From Chrysomallon squamiferum (taxonomy: Eukaryota; Animalia; Mollusca), in NCBI GenBank assembly GCA_012295275.1, contig CM022671.1, positions 434,001 through 498,000 on the forward strand: a stretch of DNA of 64,000 nt. Reading direction: 5' to 3'. The position numbers and the translations under genes were made by a program. Within the stretch, counting starts at the first letter, position 1. Every line of letters begins with the position of its first letter. Positions 38,717 through 51,940 of this stretch are shown here, in pieces. Below the pieces are notes generated by a model. It was not told the origin of the DNA. It did no database searches and saw only the letters and a list, made by a program, of their open reading frames with translations.

Positions 38717-40585
38717 CACGTACACAGATAAAAGAGAGAATGGATCCAAAGATTCACTTATGTAAACAAAGTAAACAAAGTTTCAGACAGTCGAATAGCA
38801 TGAACAAAAAGGCAGATGACTGTACAAAAACAGAATAAATAGAAGATAGATATCCTGAGAGCGAGTGATACAGAGTTAAAAAGATAGGGGTACCGAATGT
38901 GAAGGGTAATACACAGAAGACACGGAAAAATTGGAAAAAAAACTACTTACTTTAAGCCTAATGGATCACCATGGATTTCGGCATACCATCCATATTTCTC
39001 TCTCGCTTCTTCAAAATCCAGTTTCTCATCACATCCTTCGTTTATGTTCAATGGGGTAGTTACCGCTTCTTCTCGGAGACTCACATTATCATCTCGGCAT
39101 GTTTCTACTGGTGTTGTAAATCGTGTTGAACTTCCGGGAGGCGCTGGTCTAAGACTGTTCTCTGGAGTGGGAGTTTTGGCACTTCTATACGGACCGGCAG
39201 ATTTCGCATTACGTTCTGATCTTGAACTGGTTTCAGGTTCGGGTGTTTTCAGATTCCTGGAAGGACCAGCAGACTTTGCATTACGTTCTGATCTAATACT
39301 CGCATCTGGAATGGGTGTTTTCGAAATCCTGGAAGAACCTGCAGATTTTGCGTTTCTTTCTGCAAGCCCTGACTTTACACGCTCTGTTGGTGCATTTATG
39401 ACAGATTCTGTAGATGGTTCTCTATATTCTTGTGTTGTCACTTTTTTAGATTCTTCTAAATGTTGATATGGTTTGGGGGAGCAATGAGTATTCTTGTGAA
39501 ATTCTTGCGTTTCAGAGGCAGGTTTTGGTGTGGCCGGTGGTTTTGGAAGGGGCCAGTTGGCATCGGAAATTTCTGAAGAAGGCCTTGCCATTCGAGCCGA
39601 TTGAATAACAGGCCTGGATGCATTAGATGCTTCAGAATGAGGCCTGGAAGGTCGCGCTGTCTGCGGTGCAGGTCTAGGCACGTGGGACGCGCGTGAAGCA
39701 GGTCGAGAAGCCTGTGGATTTGACCTGGAAATGTTTGCTGCATCTCCACTAATCCTGAGTACCTGTGAGGCCTGTGATGCGGGCCTGCACGTGCTAGGTG
39801 TATGTGATGCAGGCCTGCACGTGCTAGGTGTATGTGATGCGGGCCTGCACGTGCTAGGTGTATGTGATGCGGGCCTGCATGTGCTAGGTGTATGTGATGC
39901 AGGCCTGCACGTGCTAGGTGTATGTGATGCGGGCCTGCACGTGCTAGGAGTCTGCGACATGGGCTTAAAGGCACTGGTCGCCTGAGGTATGGGCCATGTT
40001 ATCACAGGGGACGATCCTGAAGAATGTTCCACCAGGGGATTTTCAGCTGGGGGTGCTGCCGTGTAAGGCGTTTCGGACAACTGAGTGCCCCAGCACTGCA
40101 GAGGCGTCGGTAAGTTCAGTTTCGGGATCAGCTTAAATTTCGGAACAGACTTGCCCTTTGAACTCTTCAACATACTTTTCATCAAATAGAGTTGCTCTCT
40201 GGATGGATTGGTTGACGGTGTGACGCCCCTGACTCGTAGGGTGGGGGAGGCTGGCTGTATCAGCTTTGTGTGATACATTGTGTCCTTGAACTTGTACAGA
40301 CATTCCTCCTCTTAAAACGAAACAACCGTAATCACTTTATTATTTCGTAATAATAATAATAACAGTAGTAGTAGTTGTAGTAATAGTAGTAGTAGTAGTT
40401 GTGGTAGTGGTGGTAGTAGAAATAATAATAATAATTTGATTATGATGATAATACTGATAAGTAAATCAGCAATACTAATAGTAGTAGGAGTAGTAACAGG
40501 AGTAGTACTAGTACTAGTAGTAGTAGTAGAGTTAGGAGCGAAATACCTGTTGCAGCAAATGTTGTACTAAAAAAAGTGTATCGTT

Positions 40586-40671
<86 letters not shown>

Positions 40672-40796
40672 TGTGTGTGTTTATGACAAGAAATTAATTT
40701 TATTTCAAATGACTTACGGTATGGAGTGTAAATGCTGCGGTTTGTGGTATAAATATCTTTGACCGCTGGATACCATCCGTATGTTCTTTCCTTCAT
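38358..40796 (-). CDS. Uncharacterised Pro/Ser/Thr-rich protein with internal tandem repeats (~559 aa, 3 coding exons)
   Basis: Exons 40796-40718 (MKERTYGWYPAVKDIYTTNRSIYTPY), 40310-38951 and 38598-38358 (KLPKRPQYFVTCEKP...WKHFGFVY*). GT..AG introns, phases 1 and 2 compatible, 1680 nt = 560 codons. An acceptor at 40805 implies a further upstream exon. Confidence 0.8.
39150..39365 (-). repeat. Coding 72-bp repeat (ERNAKSAG..R..KTP.P..S.RS x3)
   Basis: Three 24-aa units in the translated exon. Confidence 0.85.
39772..39957 (-). repeat. Coding 30-bp minisatellite (ASHTPSTCRP x ~6)
   Basis: tgtgatgc(g/a)ggcctgcacgtgctaggtgta repeated; in frame in the 38951-40310 exon. Confidence 0.95.
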
Positions 40797-42503
40797 GATG
40801 GAATCTGAACAGAAATTTCTTTCTTATTATGTATTCAAACATTTAATATTGTACTGTTTCCCAAATCATGTCCAATCATTTATATATCTAAACTCACATA
40901 CACACACACACGTATATATATTGATAATTTAACATTTGTTATGTAAAGGCTATATGATTTGCACAGTTTATGCATATTAGATGTAGTATTATATATCCAG
41001 TCAGTATATATATATACATGTAACAATATTAAATTATACCTAAAATATACCAATTTAGACATCCCAAGCTTACATGCATGTTCCGCATAACAAAAATTAT
41101 TATTAACATTTAAGATATGTGTACGTATTTGTATATGTGTATAGATTTTTGTATGTAAGAATGTGTGGATGGATGGATTAAGAATGTGTTTGTATGTATA
41201 CAAATAGATATGTGTTTGGTTGTTGTTTAATTCTTGCACTTATCATTTTCAACTTTTTCAGTCAGGGTTACTAAGTTGAGTAAATTGTCTCTTAATGTTT
41301 ACGATGTGTCACACGTCTTTGGTGCTTTCGTCTAAGTAAATAAATAATATATTCGTTAATTCAGTGTATACGGGATACGCAGTTCACTGTGTTCAATAAT
41401 GTATGTATCGCATGACCGATAGAAGAAATGTGACTTATTACATCTTCTTTATAAAACAGAACTTGTAAAACGAAAAATAAAAAAAATAAAATTTAAAAAT
41501 TAAAATAATCTCAGTGGATTATTTGCTTGCTTTAGCCAGTTCGTTTTGCTATTTTCTTTCAAAAGCTTAATACTTTTCTCAGTCTGTTTGAAACTGAATA
41601 TAAAAATCTGTTTCGCTGTTAATCTGTGGATTTGGTATTTTAATATATACATGACAGAGAAATGTTATTTGCTGTTCCTACTGATTGACAGTTTATATTG
41701 TTTGTGCTTCTGGCCAAACAATGTTTTGTAAAAACAAATAACAAGAGTGAATTAATGTCACAGTACAATGACGTAGTACACAGTTACAAATCGTCAAGTT
41801 GTAAGGCCAGTAAAAGGTATTAAAGGATTTCAGGAAAGAGGAGACTTAATTGTTTTCCAAATACGACTTCGAAGATCAACTGAGTTTCAGTAGGTAGCAA
41901 AATTGGCCGACATGGAAAACAAATTATCTTTCTATTTCTCTTTTTCTCTCTCTAACACATATACACACACATACACAGACACAGATATATATCCCGCATA
42001 TATACATATATACGTGCTTGCATAACACACACGCGCGCGCGCACACACACACATCGTCAGACAGGACACAGACTGACAAATAAACGTACAAAATGAATCG
42101 AGGAAGGCATTATTACGACACTGAAGACAATAGAACAGGAAGCATTGTTTTATATCTTGTCAAGAAACATTTAACGTTTGTAACAAGCATTATTCATTGA
42201 CAGTGATTGACCTGTTCAGACGTCCAACACAAACACTTGAGAACACACACGCAGTGATTATCAAAACGACCCTGCACTGTTTTGTTCAAACACTTGACTC
42301 TCTATGCCTCGCAGTTTTATCAGCCGCATACAGTAAAAATGTCTAATAATGCAGCAGTAAAATGTTCAACGTGAACCCTTATACTTGCAGTTGTTTGATA
42401 GGATTGATGTATTTTAATACAGAACAGGTTTCATCTATATGTACCGACAGAGAGAAAGACAGAGAGAAATGAAACCTGTTCTATGTACTAAAATACTTCC
42501 CTC

Positions 42504-42651
<148 letters not shown>

Positions 42652-42875
42652 TGACATATAAATTTCTTAGGCCGTCAAATGCGATTTACATTCAATTCAC
42701 GATTTAATAGTTTTGTAATAAAATGGAAAATTATCATCTGAGAACATAAAAATGTGAATATAAATTGAAAATTTACTAAACATACACACTTGTTTCGCAA
42801 GAAGGAATGAATTATAAACATTCACGAAAGAAAATATATATTTTGGAATTATGTTTTCGGTGTGTGTGTGTGTGT

Positions 42876-42967
<92 letters not shown>

Positions 42968-43596
42968 ATTATTTTGACGGTTCTTTTGTATATTCGAATG
43001 TTTTAGTTATTATAGTATTTTAAATAACACAATAAATACTAAGCTATACACTTTAATATAACGAGAATTTTGGAATCATGTTCTCAAAAATGCTTAAATA
43101 TAAAGACTGAAAAGGAGATAAAAACAAAAATAAGAAAGTACCTAGCAGATTATTTATTTTCACCAGAAGGCCATGAGCATTATTATCAGTTACCAATGTA
43201 ACAAATTAAGCATGAAACTGATATTATTATAGCCACATTATATAAAGTTCCTTTTCAAAAGTTTCCCAGTTCATATTCACTTAATTACGAATCCTGAACG
43301 CGATAAGGATCGGCGCTTTTTGAGAGTAAATTGATGACTAAATAAAATGAAATTCTGAACAAAGCGTAGCACCCTTGGAAACCGGTAAACACAGGATGCC
43401 GCGTACATTTCATAGCGATAACTCTAAATGGGAACTCGTTGTTGGGAAAATGGGACTGACGTTTCATTTCCAACTGTTGGCGTTGTTTGTTTACCTAGAA
43501 TGAGTGTATTTGTTTTTCTTGTTTGGGCTAACGTAGGTAGCAAATTGTAATGGAACTTTCAGAATAAAAAACTTATGCTATTAATATTTTTAGCTT

Positions 43597-43633
<37 letters not shown>

Positions 43634-44174
43634 GTAATGTAGCAAGGTCATACCTACGGCGCACACTTCTTGTGCTATTTCTAGTTCCACCCAGTGCTCC
43701 AGTGGCTATTTATAAGTAATTCTTTGTTTATTTGAAATTAATTGTAAAAGCACTTTAGTTACTAATCAGCAACGGTGACCCCCATTTTATTTTTGAAAAG
43801 ATAATACGATAAGGATTATACCCTGAAAAATCTATATTTCAGCCTAACATTCTCGATTCAGCAGTTTAAACTGTGAAGTCACATTATTTTATTATAAACA
43901 TTTTAATATAAATATTTAAGGATAATTTGAACTGAGATACTGTTTTAGAAACTTTAAATTATATTTGTATTATTATTATTTTTAAATTATATAAAGTAAT
44001 ATATTTTTATCATATTAATAGATGTTGAAAATGTCTAGAAATATAACGTACATTCAAGTACATTAATAAAACATACTGCTACATAGAAATATATAATGAT
44101 ATATTGAATACAGTGTTAAATTTCGGTTTCATTTCTGTGATAGTGTCTGTTTTTGTTTTCTTTTATTTTGGTTC

Positions 44175-44216
<42 letters not shown>

Positions 44217-46464
44217 TAGGCAGAATTTATTGAGAATAATCCATTTTTATTAATGTATCTTTTTTCACCTTCTTCTTCTTCTTTTTTTTTTTTTTAATGA
44301 ATTTTATTTGACTTTATATAGTCTTCAACATTTGACAGTTTTGCGTATCAGTTTTGCAAACCAATAGTCTCATTTACCCTTTTATTTTGGATAGATTCGT
44401 TCATATTTATTTATACTGATTTTCACATTCATAAATCGAAGACAACAATAACACAAACACAAGCAAGAGATATTAGCAGTCTAATAGAAACAACTTCACA
44501 AGGATAATAATTAAGAAGACTTTTGTTTAACTTATGACGGACTAGTAAATACTCGGCTTGTGAATCATGTAGCGTTTCGCTTCATCTAAACATTTCTTTA
44601 CGGCTCTCGGTTTAATTACAACTACTGTCACGATACGTTCGTTATTAGATGCTCCAGACAAATAACGAGAACGTAATGGCGTCGCTAAGCAAAGCCTGGC
44701 GCGGGAAGGTGCACGAGACATTGAATAATCTCAATCAGCCACGTAATTCTTATTCTTTTGTGTCTACAATAATGGCTTCTTAATTTTCTTACGAAAAAAA
44801 TATGATGCTTTCATTGATATTTAATGCAAACTTTAAATAAAAGGGTTATTCTCAATAAACCAGTTATGTGTAAAAAATAAAAACCTGTAAAATTTCATAG
44901 ATCGGCGACATGATAAAAATGTCTTCCTGAAATTTGAGAAGTTTAGAATACTGAATAGGATTATTTTCTCTCAGTAAACAATAAGAATTGCCTTCGTTCA
45001 ATAAATATGTCTGAACACTGTGTGTTAATCTTTATTTCAGAAACCATTGCTCTTTGGAAATAAAACCGGGGAAATGACTTTATTGTGATTTTTATATACA
45101 GTCTTCAACACAGTTCTCACTACATAAGCCTCCAGTGATTTTTGTTTGTTTGTATTTTCCCCCACCACAACGCAAGGAGCGTCATGACATGAAATATTAT
45201 CCGATACCTAAGAGGGGGGAATCAGTAGTTTTATGTCATCAGACATTGTGGAACGATGTTACTGTACACGAGTTACCCAGCTTTAATCTTACTGTTTAAA
45301 TATTATGTGACGTATACACTTTAACACAAGTTTAAACTCTCCAAGTCTCAAAATACCCCAAAACGTGAGTCTTAGTATCATAGTTATGTTTGTTACTATG
45401 CAGATAAATCAGCATTATCAGCCACAGCATTCCTGTTCAGTTTGACTGGGGAGATTAACAACAAGAACTTTTGGTATCTGTTTCGTCAATGTTAGCAATA
45501 CCACGCCACATTTCCCTGTTGGCATACACGAAAATAACTATATGCAAAATGTATAAGGTTTACTGTAATGTGAAGTTTAATATGTTAAGCCAGTTTGGTT
45601 TTGTTACTGTTTCTACAATAAAGCTACACGCGTCCATACATACCTTTATACACGTACGTAGAGATATGAACGTACTTATGCACATATATTTACACATGTA
45701 TATAAGTACATACATGTACATACCTCCTCATACATCTAGTTTGTTACCTGCATGTATATGTATTTATGTATGTGCGTATGTAGGTTGGTACGTACGTACG
45801 TACGCATGCGTATGTGTGTATGTATGTGTGTATGTATGTATGTGTGTATGTATGTATGTGTGTGTGTATGTATGTATGTATGTGTGTATGTGTGTATGTA
45901 TGTGTGTATATGTATGTATGTGTGTATGTATGTATGTATGTACCTAGCTGGCTAATTTCTATCTATCTATGTGTCTGTTCATGTGTACACGTATTATGTT
46001 TGGTAGTTTCAGAGAAAGTTCTGTTGGTGAAAAACAAACAGAGAAATTCAAAAGAACTTGCGTGAATGACCTGTGAGTAATTATTATAAATATTTTATTA
46101 AGTAGCGGTGGCTATTGTCTGTTCCCGTTATAAACAGTAATTAAGTAGTAAGTCTGAGTGGGTGTTTGCGCTGGGTATATGGTATTTGTGTTTGTGTTCG
46201 AGACAGGGATTAGGATCAGACTTACGTAATAGTCTACATTACTAACAGGAAACTTGCACTGTATTGTTGGAATATGTGGGAGAAATATTGCGAAATAAAT
46301 AAACAATGTATTTATTGACACTGATAGTTAATGGATATTTGTGTAACCATGCTTCAAGTTATTATCTAACGTCGCTTTTAGGTGTTAAAAAGTACGACGA
46401 CTGCAATTACATAAAAGAATATATACACCATTATACACTGCTGTTAACACTGAGTATATCAAAC

Positions 46465-46740
46465 AAAGAGAGAAATGATGTATTTATCAATGTACACAAG
46501 ACATTTTTTGATTTATGGCTATATGACATCATTACGGTAAATGAATGAAGAGAAAAGAATGTATTTTCTGCCAGTTCATGAGTTAATGTTATCTTTTGGC
46601 AGTATGGACAGGACAGCGTATACCTTCAACAACTGTAGTCAGAAACTACGCATTCAACGGTAAATAGCTTTATGAGTGACTCGACTGGGACTGATCCTGA
46701 TACATATCGTGCAAGGGGCGTGCGTTCTAACCACTAATAT
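46465..46740 (-). mobile_element. Possible decayed SINE-like interspersed repeat
   Basis: Ends in ...gcgtgcgttctaaccacta (reverse complement resembles a tRNA A-box head). Possibly related fragments at ~1565-1740 and ~8090-8155 share AGCAAAGGAT in opposite orientations. Weak evidence. Confidence 0.3.
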
Positions 46741-46983
46741 ATCACCTGATGCTGGAGATAAACAAAACAGGGGGCTGGTTGCTAAATCTTTATTTGAGAT
46801 ATAATCTAAGGCTGAGTTATAAAACTACAAACAATGGGTTTTTGTAACTACATCGATTTGTGATATACAAGTTAAGTTCATGAACTCTTTTTATAAAGAT
46901 AATATAATTATTTGTTTCTATTCTCGTTTTTCTAAGTTCATTCATCCTCACTTCTCTTTCTCCATTCTTTCTTTTCTCCTTTT

Positions 46984-47077
<94 letters not shown>

Positions 47078-47530
47078 AAGTAAAAACATTTATCTATCAA
47101 CTTCATGTCCCCATACTAGGATTTAAGTATAAATAAACTATATAAAAATCACTGCTAAACAATTACTTCTAATTAATTTTTTTACATGTGAAATTACTAA
47201 CTATAATCCCATGTTATGAGAAGATCTATGGAATCAATCACCTCTCCAGTCAGTAATCTCTGCTGTTATGTCAGAATTACCGAGCTCAGTAATCTCTACT
47301 TAAACCCGCAACCATTTGATATTATTACAGATTCCACATACACTCTGTAACACAGACACAGTTTACCGTTATTTACCTTTCAGGTGTTCTCTTTTTAGAC
47401 AAAATAATGAAATCAAAATATAAATAAGTGTGTGTATATAATTGTATCATTTGCTTCTTTTTTCTTTTTTTCACTGTCTTGTTTCCAAAACTGGATTTAC
47501 ATTTATCTATACTATTACTATCTATATATA

Positions 47531-47567
<37 letters not shown>

Positions 47568-48178
47568 GTACACATGGACAATACAAAAATATATGGATTT
47601 AAATCGAATATTTTATAAGGCATGATTAAACATGTTTAAAATTGCAATCAAAACTTAAAAAGTACGTCACACTTACCCAGCTATGTCGTGAAATACACAC
47701 ACAAAATGATCTGAGTAAAACTCAGTTTCAACAGTTTTTTCTATATCCACTGTTTATCGCTACCTCTTTCTCTGTCGTTTCTAAGGACGCCTCTGAAATG
47801 CGGCATTGTCAGCCATACAAAACAGGTGGCGTATCCCACAATGCTTCGCGTTATTAATGGATCAAGGAACAGACGTTAGCTTTTGTAGATCTTATTCGCT
47901 GAAGTATTCTGTTGATCCATTTAGGCTGTTAGCCACGTGACCCTGATACATTCCTTTATCTTCCGTGTATTCTTATTTATGATTAAGTATGTTGGACATA
48001 AATAATCTAGACAACTTTCATTCAAGAAATGTAAGGCAGCAATGACTGTGGGTCGACATTTTTGTTCGTTCTTACATGTACAGGATAAAAGATTTTTAAC
48101 ACTGGTGTTCATGTTTGAAAAAACGAAAAAAAAAAGTTGTAGTGTTATAGTCATATATAATGGGGATTTTTCGATTGA

Positions 48179-48211
<33 letters not shown>

Positions 48212-50841
48212 TTTAAATTTTGTTTTAAAGGCGAGACTGTAGTTGAAAATGTTCATTATTTTTATTCACGCTAGTGTGATTTTAGATATTTATTCACTTA
48301 GTAAAAGAAAGAAATTTCCAGTAAATTGAAAAATACAAAGTAATGGTCCTTGTTAGGGAAATCTGTTGAAAAAAAGGTTTAATTTGATATTAATGATGAT
48401 AGGTATCGAATGTGTAAGAGCAATCTATTAAATATTATTGTTCATTAAAACGATGTCAGAAAGTTCGCTGCTGGCGTATGAACATATCTCACAGATTAGC
48501 AAAAGTGCATCATTTTAAAGCACTTTCTCATATCCGTTGAAACATTATCGACATAGCAGTGACGCAATATTAATTTAATAATCACAATTTCCATAAAATC
48601 AAACTGATTTTAATGTCGTTTAATATATGCGGTTTAATAGAACATTAAGAATTCTGTCACTGGGTAAGAAGAAGCTGCAGGCACTGTAATGCAGCTACTG
48701 AACTTCTGAATCGATCCTTGATGACTGAATCCAAGACAAGTTGTCTTATGATCTAACGACTCGAACAAACTGGGAAAATAAAAAAATAAAAAACCTGCGT
48801 TATTCGAAATCCGACACCACCATTAAGTACGTCCCGCTTCACTGAGTGTGCGATAGTTTGACTTTTTGTTAAAGTGATTTATCTTCGTGGTATCTGCTTC
48901 GGTGAATCAGTCGTGGAAGGCCAAACATTGGATTAGCTGCCATAGATAAAATTACCATTGATTTGAGTTGTTGAAAATCTATACCTTTCAGAACTGATTA
49001 TCTGGGTACCGCCACTTTGTACAGTATATAGTTTTACATTTGTATGCAAGACATGACGTCAGACGTATACGAGAAAGAAAGGAAAATGGCGCGTCCTCTG
49101 CTTTAGTACGGAAAAGTCAATTCAGAAAATTATAAAAAATATAACACTTTATTATAAATATTTTGTTCCCCACAACCAACGTAATCCAAACTATTAATTT
49201 CAGGTTATTTTTTAATCTGGAGCGAGGTTCAAATAGTGTTCAAAATCAAGTTCTAATTTAGGAAACAGTATAAATGGCTCAGTTTAAACTTACTAATTAT
49301 CTTGCTTTTTAAATTACTGTTAAGTAGTTGTTTTATTGTAAAAATAACAAAACCAACAAAATTTCTGAAATTTTATTTTATTTCTTTTTTTTCTTCTTTT
49401 TTTTTTTTAAATTTTAAATTTTTTTATATTATTTTTTCTTTTTTTTTTTTTCAGTTTTTTGTTTTCTTTCTGGCTGTCGAAACCAGAAAAAGGAGCTTGC
49501 GCAAATTTTCACAATATGAAAAAAGGTGAAAAGTTACACAGACAAAGCTTGGAGACCAAACAGTCATATGATTCTGATAAAAACGAGAAATGGCGAAACA
49601 TTTAAAATAATGAAAATCAAACAAAGAAAGAAAACTTTTTATAATAATTTAATAATATATATCTAAATAATTATTTACTCAGTGACGCAGAACAAGTAAT
49701 CCTTCTTCCATGCAATACATTTTAATTAAAAATGATAAATCATTTGAACAGAAAAGAAAAAATAATTGGGGTGGGGACATTAAAAAGTGTTGGGATGTTC
49801 AAATGAGATTCTCTGATGGGTCAATTTGTAATCAATATATACAAACAGTAATATCTAACGTCCATGAACAAATACTTACAACTACATTGAAAAAATGTGT
49901 CTCATACATATACAGTTATAAATTAAATTACCATAAACATGTCTACAGCTTGTAGGAGTCCCAGCTCGTTCTTATATAAATACTTCTGCTTTTCTCAAGC
50001 ATGAACATGGCGGGCAGAGCCCCAATAAATAATCAATAATCGTTACATTAATTGGATACTGTTTGAAACATCAATGAGCCTGAAAGACAACACATTTGCA
50101 GCTGAGATAGCAAAATTAGCGGTATACATCGACTTAAAGATAACAAACGACAACACTGTGATTGACTGGTCACAGTGTTTAGAGATAACTAACAATGTTA
50201 CTACGTATACGTAATAATAATTTGTCATTCAGTCTAGTTTTTTTTATTGACCCTCACAACAAAATAATAAAATGCTGAATGGAAATTTTAGGATAAGTAT
50301 TTTAATAAACCATTTGGAACAATAAATGTTATAATAAAAATGTATTAAAATGTTCATTAGCAAGGCGACTTGTTAAAGTGCATGAAAAATAACGTACACA
50401 TTTACGTTAACACCAAACAAAATAGTGAAATCCAATTTTTAAAAACGTTTCCTTATAATGATCCTTGAAAAAATCCAATTCTATAATTTCCTAGTCTGAA
50501 TTATCTGCTGAAAATCTCCATGCTGATGCAATTAATAATAAACATTTTGAATTCTATAAACACTGCAAACAAATGTGAACAATAATTTTATAGTCAAGTG
50601 ACAAAAATTATAAAAAAAATTAAATTTTCATTACAACTATAAATTAATTTTCAAATGAAAAAATTTCACAAATAAATTATTTATTTTAATTAAAGATGTA
50701 GTATTTCTTATATAAAATTAAAAATTATGATTTTTAAAATCTATAACTGTGTGACATAAACTTTTTAATTATTTGAACCTGTCAGACAACTAACAATCTA
50801 ATTCTTTAAAAAAAAAAAAAAAAAAAAATAATAATAAATAA

Positions 50842-50887
<46 letters not shown>

Positions 50888-51890
50888 TAATAACAACACC
50901 AACACATAACGGTATTAATATAAACCAGAATAACCAAGCCAACATTAATATTGAAAAGGCAACAAAGAAATCTTTTCATGCAGTGTAATTCAGATTGTAT
51001 TTCTTATTTTTTTATTTATTTTTTTTAAATTATTTATTCATTTTTATTTTTATTTTTATTTATTTTTATTTATTTTTATTTACTTATTTATTTATTTATT
51101 TATTTATTTATTTTTTTTTTTTTTTTGACAATCTTTTATTAATATAACAAAAAAAAATTCAAAAATTCCAAATTAGTTTTGTTTGAGCTAATTGCTGTTT
51201 CCTAGTGCCACAGCAATTATGAAAAATCCAAAAATAAAATACTTTGGGCAATTTTAATTTATGCTATATTTAATATATAAATTAATACATAAATAAATAA
51301 AATAGTGATGATGTGATGATCATAGAATAATAACAAAATAAATAACAAATATTAATAACAGAAATAAAAATAATAATAATAATAAAAATAAGTAATTTTG
51401 TTCAGCAAACAGTTGCAAGTCCAAAGCCTGCTCTATTTATTATAACCAAATATCCAAATAAAAATTTCCAAATTGATTTTCATTAATATTAATGTGACAG
51501 TCTTTATTTAAATAATTTAATTTGATAAAATATGTCAATATGAATGTAGATGCCTGTTATTTTCCCCATCAACTTTGTATTTGACTCCCCCTACTTAATT
51601 AAACACAGTCACACACTTAACTGTAGTTTAATATGTCCCACAGTTATCAAACCCTGACCTAGACTGGGTGGCACACATACACAAGTGTCATGCCATATGT
51701 AAAAATGAATTAGTGGACAAAACAAGACAAAAAATTACTTTTTTTACAACATTATTGTTAGATAAAATATACTGCAGTATTTAAGCCTCTGATTAAAAAA
51801 TGAAATGTATTTTTAACATTTAAGATAATGTAAGTTATAATTAAAGATAATACATATACACATTTTATATATATATACGTATATATACAT

Positions 51891-51940
<50 letters not shown>

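Noticed and set aside
39044-39985. Overlapping alternative-frame ORFs in the Pro-rich exon
   Set aside because: Explained by GC-rich 30-bp repeats that lack stops in several frames.
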